A DNA stretch of 31,373 nucleotides from Elusimicrobiota bacterium (GTDB lineage Bacteria; Elusimicrobiota; Elusimicrobia; UBA1565; UBA9628): contig JAQUMZ010000001.1 in the NCBI GenBank assembly GCA_028717865.1, positions 1 through 31,373 of the forward strand, given 5' to 3'. Shown one piece after another: positions 1 to 10,583 of the stretch; the first letter of the stretch is position 1, and each line of letters starts with the position of its first letter. The position numbers and the translations under genes were made by a program. Below the pieces are notes generated by a model. That model was not told the origin of the DNA. It worked only from the letters and a program-made list of their open reading frames with translations, and ran no database searches.

Positions 1-876
<876 letters not shown>

Positions 877-926
877 CTAATACCGGCACGACGGAGGCGG
901 GAAATAAATCAGAAACACCGAACCGC

Positions 927-932
927 TAAAAT
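927..932 (+). promoter_or_regulatory. -10 box (TAAAAT) 6 nt upstream of sORF ATG
   Basis: TAAAAT-AGCAGC-ATG(939). Confidence 0.45.
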
Positions 933-938
933 AGCAGC

Positions 939-1115
939 ATGCAGATTCTCGTGGCGATGGGGCTGGGCTCCACGGCATGCGGAACCCTGCATAATTCCCA
1001 GGCGATGAACTGTTGCAGCCTGGCGTGCCTTCTGGCGGGCGCGGTCCTGATCGGCGCGGCTCTCTGGCACCTGCGCAAGGTGCCCGGATTCCAAAGATTC
1101 ACGAACTCAGAATGA
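939..1115 (+). CDS. Putative 58-aa small membrane protein
   Basis: Manual translation MQILVAMGLGSTACGTLHNSQAMNCCSLACLLAGAVLIGAALWHLRKVPGFQRFTNSE*. One hydrophobic helix; -10 box at leaderless spacing; fills an otherwise empty gap. Confidence 0.4.
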   Translation: MQILVAMGLGSTACGTLHNSQAMNCCSLACLLAGAVLIGAALWHLRKVPGFQRFTNSE

Positions 1116-1553
1116 ATCGGTGTCGAGCATAAGCGTCACCGGTCCGTCGTTTAGCGATTCCACCCCCATGTGGGCGCCGAATTCCCCGGTTTTCACGCCC
1201 AATACCAGTCCGGACAAGCAGGACGCGAATTCCTGATATAGCCGTCGGGCCGGTTCGGGAGGAGCGGCGGCGGTGAAGTCGGGCCTGCGGCCCCCTTTGA
1301 CGTCGCCGAACAGGGTGAATTGCGATATGACCAGCGCCTCGCCTTTCGCGTCTATTATGGAGAGATTGAACTTTCCGGCGGGATCGGAAAAAATCCGCAG
1401 ATGGGCGCATTTCTCGGCGAGTTTTCGCGCCGTAGCGCTCGAATCGTTCTTCCCGACCCCCAGATAGATCAAAAGTCCGCCGGCCGTCTTGCGGCATTCG
1501 CCTCCGGGCAAGGCGACGGAAGCTCTGGAGACTCTTTGAATCAAGGCGCGCAT
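1107..1553 (-). CDS. dtd: D-aminoacyl-tRNA deacylase
   Basis: MRALIQRVSRASV, SQFTL and NDGPVT motifs; 148 aa. Confidence 0.96.
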   Translation of the reverse strand: MRALIQRVSRASVALPGGECRKTAGGLLIYLGVGKNDSSATARKLAEKCAHLRIFSDPAGKFNLSIIDAKGEALVISQFTLFGDVKGGRRPDFTAAAPPEPARRLYQEFASCLSGLVLGVKTGEFGAHMGVESLNDGPVTLMLDTDSF

Positions 1554-1591
1554 GGGCTATTATTCCTATCATATAAGCGGAAAAATTTACA

Positions 1592-2134
1592 ATGCCGAAT
1601 GTCCGCCTCTTCGTCGCCATACCGTTGGCCGAGCCGGTCCGCCAAGGCGTGGGCTCGATCATGGCTGAGTTGCGGAAAGTCGGTTCCGGCTGCAAATGGG
1701 TGGAGCCGGACAATCTCCATGTGACCCTGCGGTTCTTCGGGTCCACCCCTTCGGAAAGAATTCCCGAATTGCGGTCATTGCTGGACCGGGCGGCGCAAAG
1801 GCCGGTTTTCGACATGGCGTTCGAGGGCCTGGGAGCTTTTCCATCGTGGTCGAATCCGCGGGTGGTTTGGATCGGGATGGCGGAGGGTTTCGAAGCGGCC
1901 GGCGCCATGGCCGCGGCGTTGGGGCCTCCGGATGCGGACCGGCCGTTCTCGGCGCATCTGACCGTCGGCCGGTTCCGCTCGGGGGGGGATTTTCATGGCA
2001 TCAGGACCGCGGCGGAAAACCTCCGGTTCCCCCCGCTGCGGCAGAGGGTGGAGCGATTGGTCTTGTTCGAGTCGAAGTTGTCTTCGCGCGGGCCGGCCTA
2101 TTTTTCATTGGCGGAATCCAAGCTGGGACGGTAG
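1592..2134 (+). CDS. thpR: RNA 2',3'-cyclic phosphodiesterase (2H phosphoesterase)
   Basis: RLFVAIPL start and two HxT motifs (LHVTL, AHLTV); 180 aa. Confidence 0.93.
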   Translation: MPNVRLFVAIPLAEPVRQGVGSIMAELRKVGSGCKWVEPDNLHVTLRFFGSTPSERIPELRSLLDRAAQRPVFDMAFEGLGAFPSWSNPRVVWIGMAEGFEAAGAMAAALGPPDADRPFSAHLTVGRFRSGGDFHGIRTAAENLRFPPLRQRVERLVLFESKLSSRGPAYFSLAESKLGR

Positions 2135-2198
2135 AGGGTGACATGGGGCCGCGATATTTGGATAATGGTCTTGAAAAACAGCCAATGATGGAGGATAT

Positions 2199-2594
2199 AT
2201 GATCGGGATATTGAACATTTCGGATGGGTCCACGATCGCCATGCATGCGACGCTGCTGCTCTCGAAACACAAGGATGAGCCGATAACCACGGCCGAGGCG
2301 GCGGAAACCCTGAAGGTTTCGGCGGCGCATTTGTCCAAGGTTTTTCAGCGGCTGGCGAAGGCCGGGATCGTCCGCGCGGTCCGAGGGCCCAAGGGCGGGT
2401 ACCTGATCAATAGGCCGCTGTCCGAGGTGAAATTGCGCGATGTCTTCGAGGCCATTGAGGGTCCGATGAAGCTCAAACCCTGCCTGCTCAAGGAGCCGCA
2501 CTGCGGGATAGAAGGCTGCATGCTGGGTTCCCTGCTGAACAATATAAACCAACAGGTGGTCCAGCAATTCGACAAGCGCCTCTCCGAGCTCTGA
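2199..2594 (+). CDS. Rrf2 family transcriptional regulator
   Basis: HLSKVFQRLAKAGIVRAVRGPKGGYLI wHTH motif; three C-terminal Cys; GGAGG SD upstream. Confidence 0.92.
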   Translation: MIGILNISDGSTIAMHATLLLSKHKDEPITTAEAAETLKVSAAHLSKVFQRLAKAGIVRAVRGPKGGYLINRPLSEVKLRDVFEAIEGPMKLKPCLLKEPHCGIEGCMLGSLLNNINQQVVQQFDKRLSEL

Positions 2595-2595
2595 G

Positions 2596-3276
2596 TCAGG
2601 GCGCGGCCGGTTCGAAACGCACGGGCAGCTCGCTGCGGGACAGGACGCGCCAGCGCTCTTCCGGAGACGACGGTTTGACGTCGCGGTAGCGCGCCACGAT
2701 CCGGCCGCCGAGCGGCGCGATCGAGACCAGGCTGCGTTCGCCTAGGACCACGACCGCCATCTGCGTGGGAAAATCAACCCGCGGCATCGGCTCGGCCCAG
2801 GCGCGCTGCCGCCAAAGCCGGGCAAGTTCCAGCGCCGAGTAAACCGCTTGGCCCGGCGTCCCTTCGGGGTCGGCCAGCAGCGCGGGAGTGCTTCCGGAGA
2901 GGGGCACCAGCGGCGCGGAGGCCTTGAGTTCGCGGGTGTCGGCGCGCCGCGCCCCGCCCCAGGTTCCGCGCCGGCCCGGGAATGCGGGAGAAGGAGGCAG
3001 GATTTTCCTGATGCCCATCCGGGCTTTTTCCGCCTCGAGTTCCTGGTGCAGGGTTTCGTTGTCCGGGCCCGGTTGCGCCGGCGGCGGCTCGTCCAGGGCC
3101 GAGCCGCCGAAGTTTTTCGGCGCCGAAGGCGGGCCCGAGAGCCGGTTCGCCGGAACCGGCGGAATCTCGGAAGTCCCCGGCGCCGCCTTGGGCGGGGCCG
3201 GCCGCAAGGCCGCATAGGCGGCCAGCGTCACGACGCAGGCGCACAGCGCCCACGCCAGCCGGCTAGCGCGGGACAT
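2596..3276 (-). CDS. Membrane-anchored protein with PrcB C-terminal-like domain
   Basis: N-terminal hydrophobic anchor, Pro-rich linker, C-terminal ELARLW...PMPRVDFPTQMAVVVLG...VARY...LPVRF resembling PrcB_C. Confidence 0.6.
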   Translation of the reverse strand: MSRASRLAWALCACVVTLAAYAALRPAPPKAAPGTSEIPPVPANRLSGPPSAPKNFGGSALDEPPPAQPGPDNETLHQELEAEKARMGIRKILPPSPAFPGRRGTWGGARRADTRELKASAPLVPLSGSTPALLADPEGTPGQAVYSALELARLWRQRAWAEPMPRVDFPTQMAVVVLGERSLVSIAPLGGRIVARYRDVKPSSPEERWRVLSRSELPVRFEPAAP

Positions 3277-3541
3277 CCCTTTCCACCGCCCGCACCGAGA
3301 ACCCGCCGTAATCCAGCTTGAGCAGGCGCTTCAAGGCGGCGACTTGCGCCCAAATGGTGATCGGCCAGGTGACCCAGAAAGCCAGGCGGTTGGCGACCTC
3401 GGGCGGCGGCTTGATCACGGCGACCGTCAAGGCGATGGGAACGAGCGGGATGAGCGCGTAAAGCGGCCAGCGCCAGGAAAAACTCCACCACAGGCGCAGG
3501 GCGTGCCGCCAGCCCGGCTCCAGCGTCCGCGCCGGTTCCAC
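3263..3541 (-). CDS. Small two-TM hypothetical protein
   Basis: 92 aa, GTG start, two hydrophobic segments; sits between metK and the next gene with tight spacing. Confidence 0.65.
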   Translation of the reverse strand: MEPARTLEPGWRHALRLWWSFSWRWPLYALIPLVPIALTVAVIKPPPEVANRLAFWVTWPITIWAQVAALKRLLKLDYGGFSVRAVERDVPR

Positions 3542-3559
3542 TGGGCTTGCCGCCGCCGC

Positions 3560-4774
<1,215 letters not shown>

Positions 4775-4785
4775 GAGCCCTCCCG

Positions 4786-4791
4786 ATTATA
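4786..4791 (-). promoter_or_regulatory. -10 box (TATAAT) of metK with very short leader containing GGGAGG SD
   Basis: Minus strand TATAAT-CGGGAGGGCTC-ATG. Confidence 0.5.
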
Positions 4792-4856
4792 TGGTCCGCC
4801 CTGCCTGTATGGCTAGGGGATATACTAGAAAATTTGTCCGCGATGCTCAATGCCCG

Positions 4857-5894
4857 TTATTGCCTGATGTTGAGGACCGCGGCCTCGTAGACCGAGATGT
4901 TTTCCTTGACGTTGCCGTTGGCGCCCAGGATGCAGTTGGACAGGTGGACGTGCCGGCCCACGGTCACGTTGTCGAAGAGGATGCAGTTTTTCAGGTTGGC
5001 CCGGGCGCAGATGACGGCGCGGTCTCCCACCACGGTGTAGGGGCCGACCTGGGCGCCGGCCTCGATGCGGCAGCCCTTGCCGATCAGGCAGGGCGCGTGC
5101 AGCACGGCTTTGGGGTTGATGCGGCTGCCGCCCTCGATCCATATCCCGCGGCGGACCTGCGTGCCGGGGATGTTTATCCGGATCTTGCGGTCCAGCGCGT
5201 CGATCTGGCTGCGGCGGTACTCCGATAGGTTCCCCACGTCCGTCCAATAGCCGGCGCACTCGAAAGCGTAGATGGGCTTGCGCAGCTTCAGCAGCTTAGG
5301 CCAAAGCTCGTGGCCGAAGTCGTAAATCCGGTGGCGCGGTATGTAGCGCAGGACCTCGGGCTCGCAGAGATAGATGCCCGTGTTGACCTTGTTGGAGAAG
5401 ACCTGCCCCCAGCTGGGTTTCTCCAGGAAGCCCTTGATGCGTCCCGATGCGTCCATGTTGGTGACGCCGTACTCGAAGCGGACGTCGACCGCCTTGACCG
5501 CTATGGTGGCCAGGGCGCGGCGCCGGCGGTGAAAATCGAGCATGGCGGTCAAGTCGATGTCGGACAACCCGTCGCCGGACATGACGAAAAAGGGCGAGTC
5601 CTTGAGGAAGTCCTCCATCCTTTTGACCGCCCCGGCCGTGCCCATGAGCTTGGGCTCCAGGGAGTAGTTGATCTTGAGGCTCCAGCGCGAGCCGTCGCCG
5701 CAATAGCCCCGGACTTGGTCCGCATGGGCGAAAAGGTTGACGGCCACCTCCTTGATGCCGTGGCGCAGGAGGTTGTCCAGGACATGGTGCAGGACCGGGC
5801 GGTTGACGACCGGCACCATGGGCTTGGGCGTTTCGTACGTCAGGGGCCGCAGGCGGGTCCCGGCGCCGGCGGCCAGGACTAAGGCTTTGACCAT
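4857..5894 (-). CDS. NDP-sugar synthase (mannose-1-phosphate guanylyltransferase-like) with left-handed beta-helix
   Basis: LAAGAGTRLRPLT..PKPMVPV, FLEKP, YWTDVG and C-terminal hexapeptide repeats. Confidence 0.92.
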   Translation of the reverse strand: MVKALVLAAGAGTRLRPLTYETPKPMVPVVNRPVLHHVLDNLLRHGIKEVAVNLFAHADQVRGYCGDGSRWSLKINYSLEPKLMGTAGAVKRMEDFLKDSPFFVMSGDGLSDIDLTAMLDFHRRRRALATIAVKAVDVRFEYGVTNMDASGRIKGFLEKPSWGQVFSNKVNTGIYLCEPEVLRYIPRHRIYDFGHELWPKLLKLRKPIYAFECAGYWTDVGNLSEYRRSQIDALDRKIRINIPGTQVRRGIWIEGGSRINPKAVLHAPCLIGKGCRIEAGAQVGPYTVVGDRAVICARANLKNCILFDNVTVGRHVHLSNCILGANGNVKENISVYEAAVLNIRQ

Positions 5895-5895
5895 G

Positions 5896-7317
5896 TCAGG
5901 CCAGGGAAGGGGCGACCCATTTCTTGGCCAGCTCCAGCAATTCGCCCGTGCGCTTGGACGAGTCGGATTCGGCGTAGACGCGCATGAGCGGTTCCGTGCC
6001 CGAGGGCCGCATGAGCAGCCAATGGCCCTCGGCGAGGATGATCTTCAGGCCGTCGATCTGGAGCAGGGACTGTATCTCCGAGCCCAGTATCCTCTTGGGC
6101 AGCTTCTTGATCAGCTTGGCGACGAAAACGGCCTTGTCCGCGACGGGCTTGTGCAGCTTGAAGTCCACGCGCTTGAAGAACGAGGCGCCGTGCTTGGCTT
6201 CCAGCTCCTTCCACAGCTGACCGGGGCCTCGGCCGGTCTGCGTGACGATCTCGAGCAGCAGCAGCGCGGTCACCAGGCCGTCGCGCTCGGGCAGGCCGCC
6301 CTTCCAGGCGTAGCCGCCGGATTCCTCGCCGCCGATGACGGCGTCCCCCGCGGCGAGGCGGTCGGCGACATGCTTGAAGCCGACGGGCAGCTCCTCGAAC
6401 GGCAGGCCGTAGGCCTTGGCCATGCGGGAGGAGACGTAGCCCAGGGAGACCGACTGGACGATCTTGCCCTTGAGCTTGCGGCGCTCCACCAGATGCTGGA
6501 TGAGGAGGGGGAAAACTTGGCAGGGGGTCAGATAGCGGCCGTTCTCGTCGACCAGGCCCACGCGGTCGCCGTCTCCGTCCAGGGCCAGGCCCATCACGGC
6601 TTTCTCCTGGCGCACCCGCGCGCAGAGCTCCTGGAGATATGCCTCCACCGGCTCGGGGTTGAGCCCGCCGAAAAGAGGATCGTGCTCGGCGTGCATGGGG
6701 ATGAGCCGCGCGGTGGGCACCGCCGCTTCGAGCAGGCCGGCGGCCGCGCCGAAGAGATAGTCCACCACCACCGGCTTCTTCAAGCGGGATTTTATGCGGG
6801 CGGTGTCCGCCTTGCCGCGCAAGTGCTGCAGATAGGCTTCCCGGCCGGGCTTGGCCTTGATTTCCGCGCTGCGCGTCGGCTGGTTGCGGTCCAGGCAGGC
6901 CGCGATGCCGTCGGTGAGCGGTTCCATGGCGGCCCGGCCGGCGTGCTTGATCTTGATGCCGTTGTGGGAGGGAGGATTGTGGCTGGCCGTCACGACCACG
7001 CCCAGCCCCTTGGTCTTGTGGGTCAAAAGGCTGACGGCGGGGGTCGGGAGAGGTTCGGACATGAGCATGGGATTGAGCTTGTTGCCTTGGAGCACCTGGG
7101 CTATCTCGCGCGCGAAGGCTTCCGATTGGAAGCGGCGGTCGTAGCCGATCACCACGGGGCCGGCCCAAGGGGTCCGCTTGCGGTTGGGGGCCTTGAGGAT
7201 TTCCTCGTGCAGGTAGTCCGCGATGGCTTGGGCGACGCGGCGCACGTTCTCGAAAGTGAAGTCCCGGGCCATCACGCCGCGCCAGCCGTCCGTCCCGAAT
7301 TTTATTGCGTCCGCCAT
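5896..7317 (-). CDS. Phosphoglucomutase/phosphomannomutase
   Basis: FGTDGWRG, TASHNP phosphoserine, DGDGDR metal loop, GGEESGG, RPSGTEP. Confidence 0.96.
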   Translation of the reverse strand: MADAIKFGTDGWRGVMARDFTFENVRRVAQAIADYLHEEILKAPNRKRTPWAGPVVIGYDRRFQSEAFAREIAQVLQGNKLNPMLMSEPLPTPAVSLLTHKTKGLGVVVTASHNPPSHNGIKIKHAGRAAMEPLTDGIAACLDRNQPTRSAEIKAKPGREAYLQHLRGKADTARIKSRLKKPVVVDYLFGAAAGLLEAAVPTARLIPMHAEHDPLFGGLNPEPVEAYLQELCARVRQEKAVMGLALDGDGDRVGLVDENGRYLTPCQVFPLLIQHLVERRKLKGKIVQSVSLGYVSSRMAKAYGLPFEELPVGFKHVADRLAAGDAVIGGEESGGYAWKGGLPERDGLVTALLLLEIVTQTGRGPGQLWKELEAKHGASFFKRVDFKLHKPVADKAVFVAKLIKKLPKRILGSEIQSLLQIDGLKIILAEGHWLLMRPSGTEPLMRVYAESDSSKRTGELLELAKKWVAPSLA

Positions 7318-7333
7318 GAGGTCTCTCCTAAGT

Positions 7334-8398
7334 TCACAGTTGGCTGTAAGGCCGCAGGCTCGAGCCTCCGGCCAGGGCGCGGCCCGCCGAGATCGCCGCG
7401 TGCTTCCCTATCCGGCAACCCGGTCCGACCACGCAGCCCTTGAGCGCGGCTCCATCTCCGATCCGGCAGTCCCGCAGGACCACGCAATCCTCCAGGGAGG
7501 CGCCCTTGCCGATCTCGCAGCCCGGGCCGACGCAAACGTAGCGGGAGAATCGGACGAAATCGCCGACCCGGGTCCGTTCGCCCAGAAAGACTTTCCCTTC
7601 TTCTCCGTCGACGCTGAGTTCCCGGCCCAGGCGGACCCCCGGGCCAGCGCACAGCCTCTGGCGCCGCAGGCGCGCCGGCAGGTCCAGGGGGGCCTCGCCG
7701 CGCAGAAGGTCCAGGTGGACCTGGAGATATTTGTCCACCGTGCCGATGTCCATCCAATAGCCCCGGGAGATGAAGCCGAAGACCCGGGCGCCGGCCTCCA
7801 GCATGTGGGGAAACAAGGAGCGTTCCAGGGAGTAGGCGACCCCCGACGGCACGCGCCCGAGGGCGCCGGGCTCGAACAGATAGGCTCCGGCGTTGACCGT
7901 GTTCGTGACGACCTCGTCCCAGGACGGCTTTTCCAGGAAGCGGCGCACGCTGCCGTCCGGAGCGGTTTCCACGAGCCCGTATAGGGTCGGATCCTTCACG
8001 CGGGTCAGGGCTATGGTCAGTTCGGACCGGCCGCGGCGATGGCAGCCCAGGAAGGCCGTCAGATCGAGATTGTGCAGGATGTCGCCGTTGAGCACCAGGA
8101 CGGTGGAGTCGGGGCGCGGCAGGGCGTTCTTGACCGCGCCGCCGGTGCCCAGGGGCCGCCGTTCGTGCGCGTAGCGCAGGCGCAATCCCAGCCTCCGGCC
8201 GTCGCCCAGCATCCGATGGAACAAGCCCGGCTTGTAGGCCGTGCACAGGACGACGTCGCGCACCCCGTGGCGTTTGAGGACGTCGAATTGATACTCCAGG
8301 AACGGCCGGTTGACCACCGGCAGGAGGGGCTTGGGGAAATCGCAGGTGAAAGGCCGCAGACGCGTGCCCACGCCCCCGATCAGAATGAGCGCGATCAT
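7334..8398 (-). CDS. Second NDP-sugar synthase (mannose-1-phosphate guanylyltransferase-like)
   Basis: GGVGTRLRPFT..PKPLLPV, LNGDIL, FLEKP, YWMDIGT and beta-helix tail. Confidence 0.92.
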   Translation of the reverse strand: MIALILIGGVGTRLRPFTCDFPKPLLPVVNRPFLEYQFDVLKRHGVRDVVLCTAYKPGLFHRMLGDGRRLGLRLRYAHERRPLGTGGAVKNALPRPDSTVLVLNGDILHNLDLTAFLGCHRRGRSELTIALTRVKDPTLYGLVETAPDGSVRRFLEKPSWDEVVTNTVNAGAYLFEPGALGRVPSGVAYSLERSLFPHMLEAGARVFGFISRGYWMDIGTVDKYLQVHLDLLRGEAPLDLPARLRRQRLCAGPGVRLGRELSVDGEEGKVFLGERTRVGDFVRFSRYVCVGPGCEIGKGASLEDCVVLRDCRIGDGAALKGCVVGPGCRIGKHAAISAGRALAGGSSLRPYSQL

Positions 8399-8426
8399 GG
8401 CTTATTGAGGAATTGTACAAAAAATA

Positions 8427-8432
8427 TATACT
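8427..8432 (+). promoter_or_regulatory. -10 box (TATACT) 8 nt upstream of ATG 8441
   Basis: TATACT-TACGGCTT-ATG in an AT-rich divergent spacer; no SD. Confidence 0.5.
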
Positions 8433-8440
8433 TACGGCTT

Positions 8441-10570
8441 ATGGACGAGTTCCGGCCGCGTCCTCGGGTCCTGGCGTTGAGCCTGTTGTGCCTGGCGGGC
8501 TTCCTGGCGTGGCAAGCCGTCGCCCTGCGCTCTTATCTGCGCGTCGAAAGCCGGCCGCCCTCCTGGGACCAGTCCATCCACCTCGAGATCGCGCACGACT
8601 ACCGCGAGGCCCTGCGCGCGTGGGACTGGCGCGGAGTCATGTTCCTGGCGCCCAAGCCGGGAATGCCGCCCTTTCCGCCCCTGCACCATCTGGCGCTGGC
8701 CAAGCTGATGGGCGGCGCCGATCCCGAGGCGGCGGCCTTGTGGCTGAACTGGATGTATCTCGCGCTCTTGAGCTTCTCGCTTTTCGCGCTGGCCTGGCGC
8801 TTCCGTCCCGATGAAACCGCCGTCATGGGCGTGGTGCTCTTCTGCGCTTCGCCGGCCGTGCAGGACCTGCTGCATACCCAACTCGTCGATCTGGGGCTCG
8901 TCGCTTTCGCGGCCGCGGCCTACTGGGCGCTGTTCAGCAGCGAGGAATTCCGGCGCTGGAAGGGGACGCTGGCCTTCGGGATTTTGGTCGCCGGGGGCAT
9001 GTTGTTGAAGTGGAGTTTCTTCAGCTACATGCTGCCGGCGGGCTACGTGGCGCTCAAGGCCCTGGGTCTGCCGGGGCGGCGGCTGAAGGTAGCCGCGGCG
9101 GTGGTCCTGGCGGCGGCCGGCTGCGGGCCTTGGTACTGGATTCATTTCCCCGTTCTGCTGCCCCGGTTGTTCCAGGCCTCGGCCGACTTCGCCGTGCCCT
9201 TCTGGCGCGGCGGCGCGGTGCTGAGCTATGTCTGGATGGCCGCCGAGGGCCTGGGCCCGCTGTTTTTCCTGTTCGCGCTCATCGGGATTTTCCTGCCCCA
9301 GTTCCATCGCAACTGGCACCAGGGCTGGTTGCTGATCGCCTGGGTGAGCGCCGCCTTCGTTTTTTGGACCGTGGTCCCCAACCGGCAGATGAGGTTCCTC
9401 CTGCCGGGGCTGCCGGCCCTGGCCATCGCGGGCATGGGGCCTTGGCCCAGGTCCGTGTTTTGGGCCTTGACGGCGGTGCAGCTTTTCACCGCGGTAAATT
9501 TCACGGCGAACTGGATCGATCCGGCGGTCGTGCCGGTGCCCTGGGGTTCGATTCAGTTCTTTCCCTCGAGCCCCGCGGTGCGAGAGGACTGGAAGATCCG
9601 GGAAATCCTGGCCGAGACCGAGAAGCGCGGCGCGCAAAGCGGACTGCCCTTCGCCAACATGACCCTGGTGGCCAACGACACGAGGTTCAACGGTCCGAAT
9701 TTCAACTGGATGGCCAAAATGGCGGGCGCGTCCCACGTGCGCATCCGCGGCGTCAACAACCGCCTCTGCGAGCTGTCGCGGCTGGTGCTGCTCAAGACCG
9801 GCCGGTTGGGCCCGGAAAGCGTCATCTCGGGCCTGCCGGAGGCCGCCAAGATCATCCAGAATAAGCGGGGCTGGTTTCCCCGGGCCTATGAGGAGGCCCG
9901 GCGCTGGCCCCTGCCCGACGGCTCCGAGGCGGTGCTTTACCAGGTCCGAGGCCCCCAGGCGGCCCCCGTGCCGAGCGGGACCGTTCATTATCAATTCTTC
10001 TCCGCCGGCGCGTTCGAGGCCGCGGATATGGATATCTCGTTGGGGCCCTGGGATCCCGCGCGCGCGGCCTATCGTTCGGTGCAGGCGTCCGCCACCGAGG
10101 TCCAGCTGCGCGGCCTGCGTCTGACCGGCCTGCGCGCCGAGCTCGACGACGCCCTGTTCGTCCCAGTTTACGAGAAGAACAGCAACGTGTGGGGAGACGT
10201 GCGCCTGCTCAAGATCGGCCGTTTGCGCATCCAGTCGGCCCGCGTCAGCGGCGAGGCCATCCGGCGGTTCCTGGAAAAGCGGGTCCCCGGGCTGCGCATC
10301 GATTCCCTGGAGCTCGACCGGACGGCCCGGCTGCGGGGCAAGCTGGGCCGCTTCACGGTATCCGCGGAGCTGTCCGCCGAACTCGTGGCCGATCCCCCCG
10401 GTTTGCGCGTGGATCTGCGCGAGGCCCGGATCGGCGCCACGAAGATCCCCGATTTCCTGCTGCGGCCGCTGCGCAGCTTCACGCATCCCTTCCCGCCCTC
10501 GCCCGACACGCCGTTCTTCATCGACATCCCGGGCCTGAGCTTCTCCCAGGGCGCGGTTTCCATACCTTAG
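8441..10570 (+). CDS. GT-C (ArnT/PMT_2-like) glycosyltransferase with C-terminal LmeA/DUF2993-like domain
   Basis: Start reset to ATG 8441 because the track start at 8039 overlaps the opposite gene. WDQSIH luminal motif, many TM helices, LLKWSFF and PNRQMRFLLP; beta-rich soluble tail from about 10070. Confidence 0.75.
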   Translation: MDEFRPRPRVLALSLLCLAGFLAWQAVALRSYLRVESRPPSWDQSIHLEIAHDYREALRAWDWRGVMFLAPKPGMPPFPPLHHLALAKLMGGADPEAAALWLNWMYLALLSFSLFALAWRFRPDETAVMGVVLFCASPAVQDLLHTQLVDLGLVAFAAAAYWALFSSEEFRRWKGTLAFGILVAGGMLLKWSFFSYMLPAGYVALKALGLPGRRLKVAAAVVLAAAGCGPWYWIHFPVLLPRLFQASADFAVPFWRGGAVLSYVWMAAEGLGPLFFLFALIGIFLPQFHRNWHQGWLLIAWVSAAFVFWTVVPNRQMRFLLPGLPALAIAGMGPWPRSVFWALTAVQLFTAVNFTANWIDPAVVPVPWGSIQFFPSSPAVREDWKIREILAETEKRGAQSGLPFANMTLVANDTRFNGPNFNWMAKMAGASHVRIRGVNNRLCELSRLVLLKTGRLGPESVISGLPEAAKIIQNKRGWFPRAYEEARRWPLPDGSEAVLYQVRGPQAAPVPSGTVHYQFFSAGAFEAADMDISLGPWDPARAAYRSVQASATEVQLRGLRLTGLRAELDDALFVPVYEKNSNVWGDVRLLKIGRLRIQSARVSGEAIRRFLEKRVPGLRIDSLELDRTARLRGKLGRFTVSAELSAELVADPPGLRVDLREARIGATKIPDFLLRPLRSFTHPFPPSPDTPFFIDIPGLSFSQGAVSIP

Positions 10571-10583
10571 CGAACAACGGAAA

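Noticed and set aside
4775-4856. SAM riboswitch upstream of metK
   Set aside because: No S-box consensus seen, and TATAAT lies 11 nt from the ATG, leaving no room.
8039-8440. N-terminal extension of the GT-C ORF
   Set aside because: Antisense to the NDP-sugar synthase; the start fits ATG 8441.
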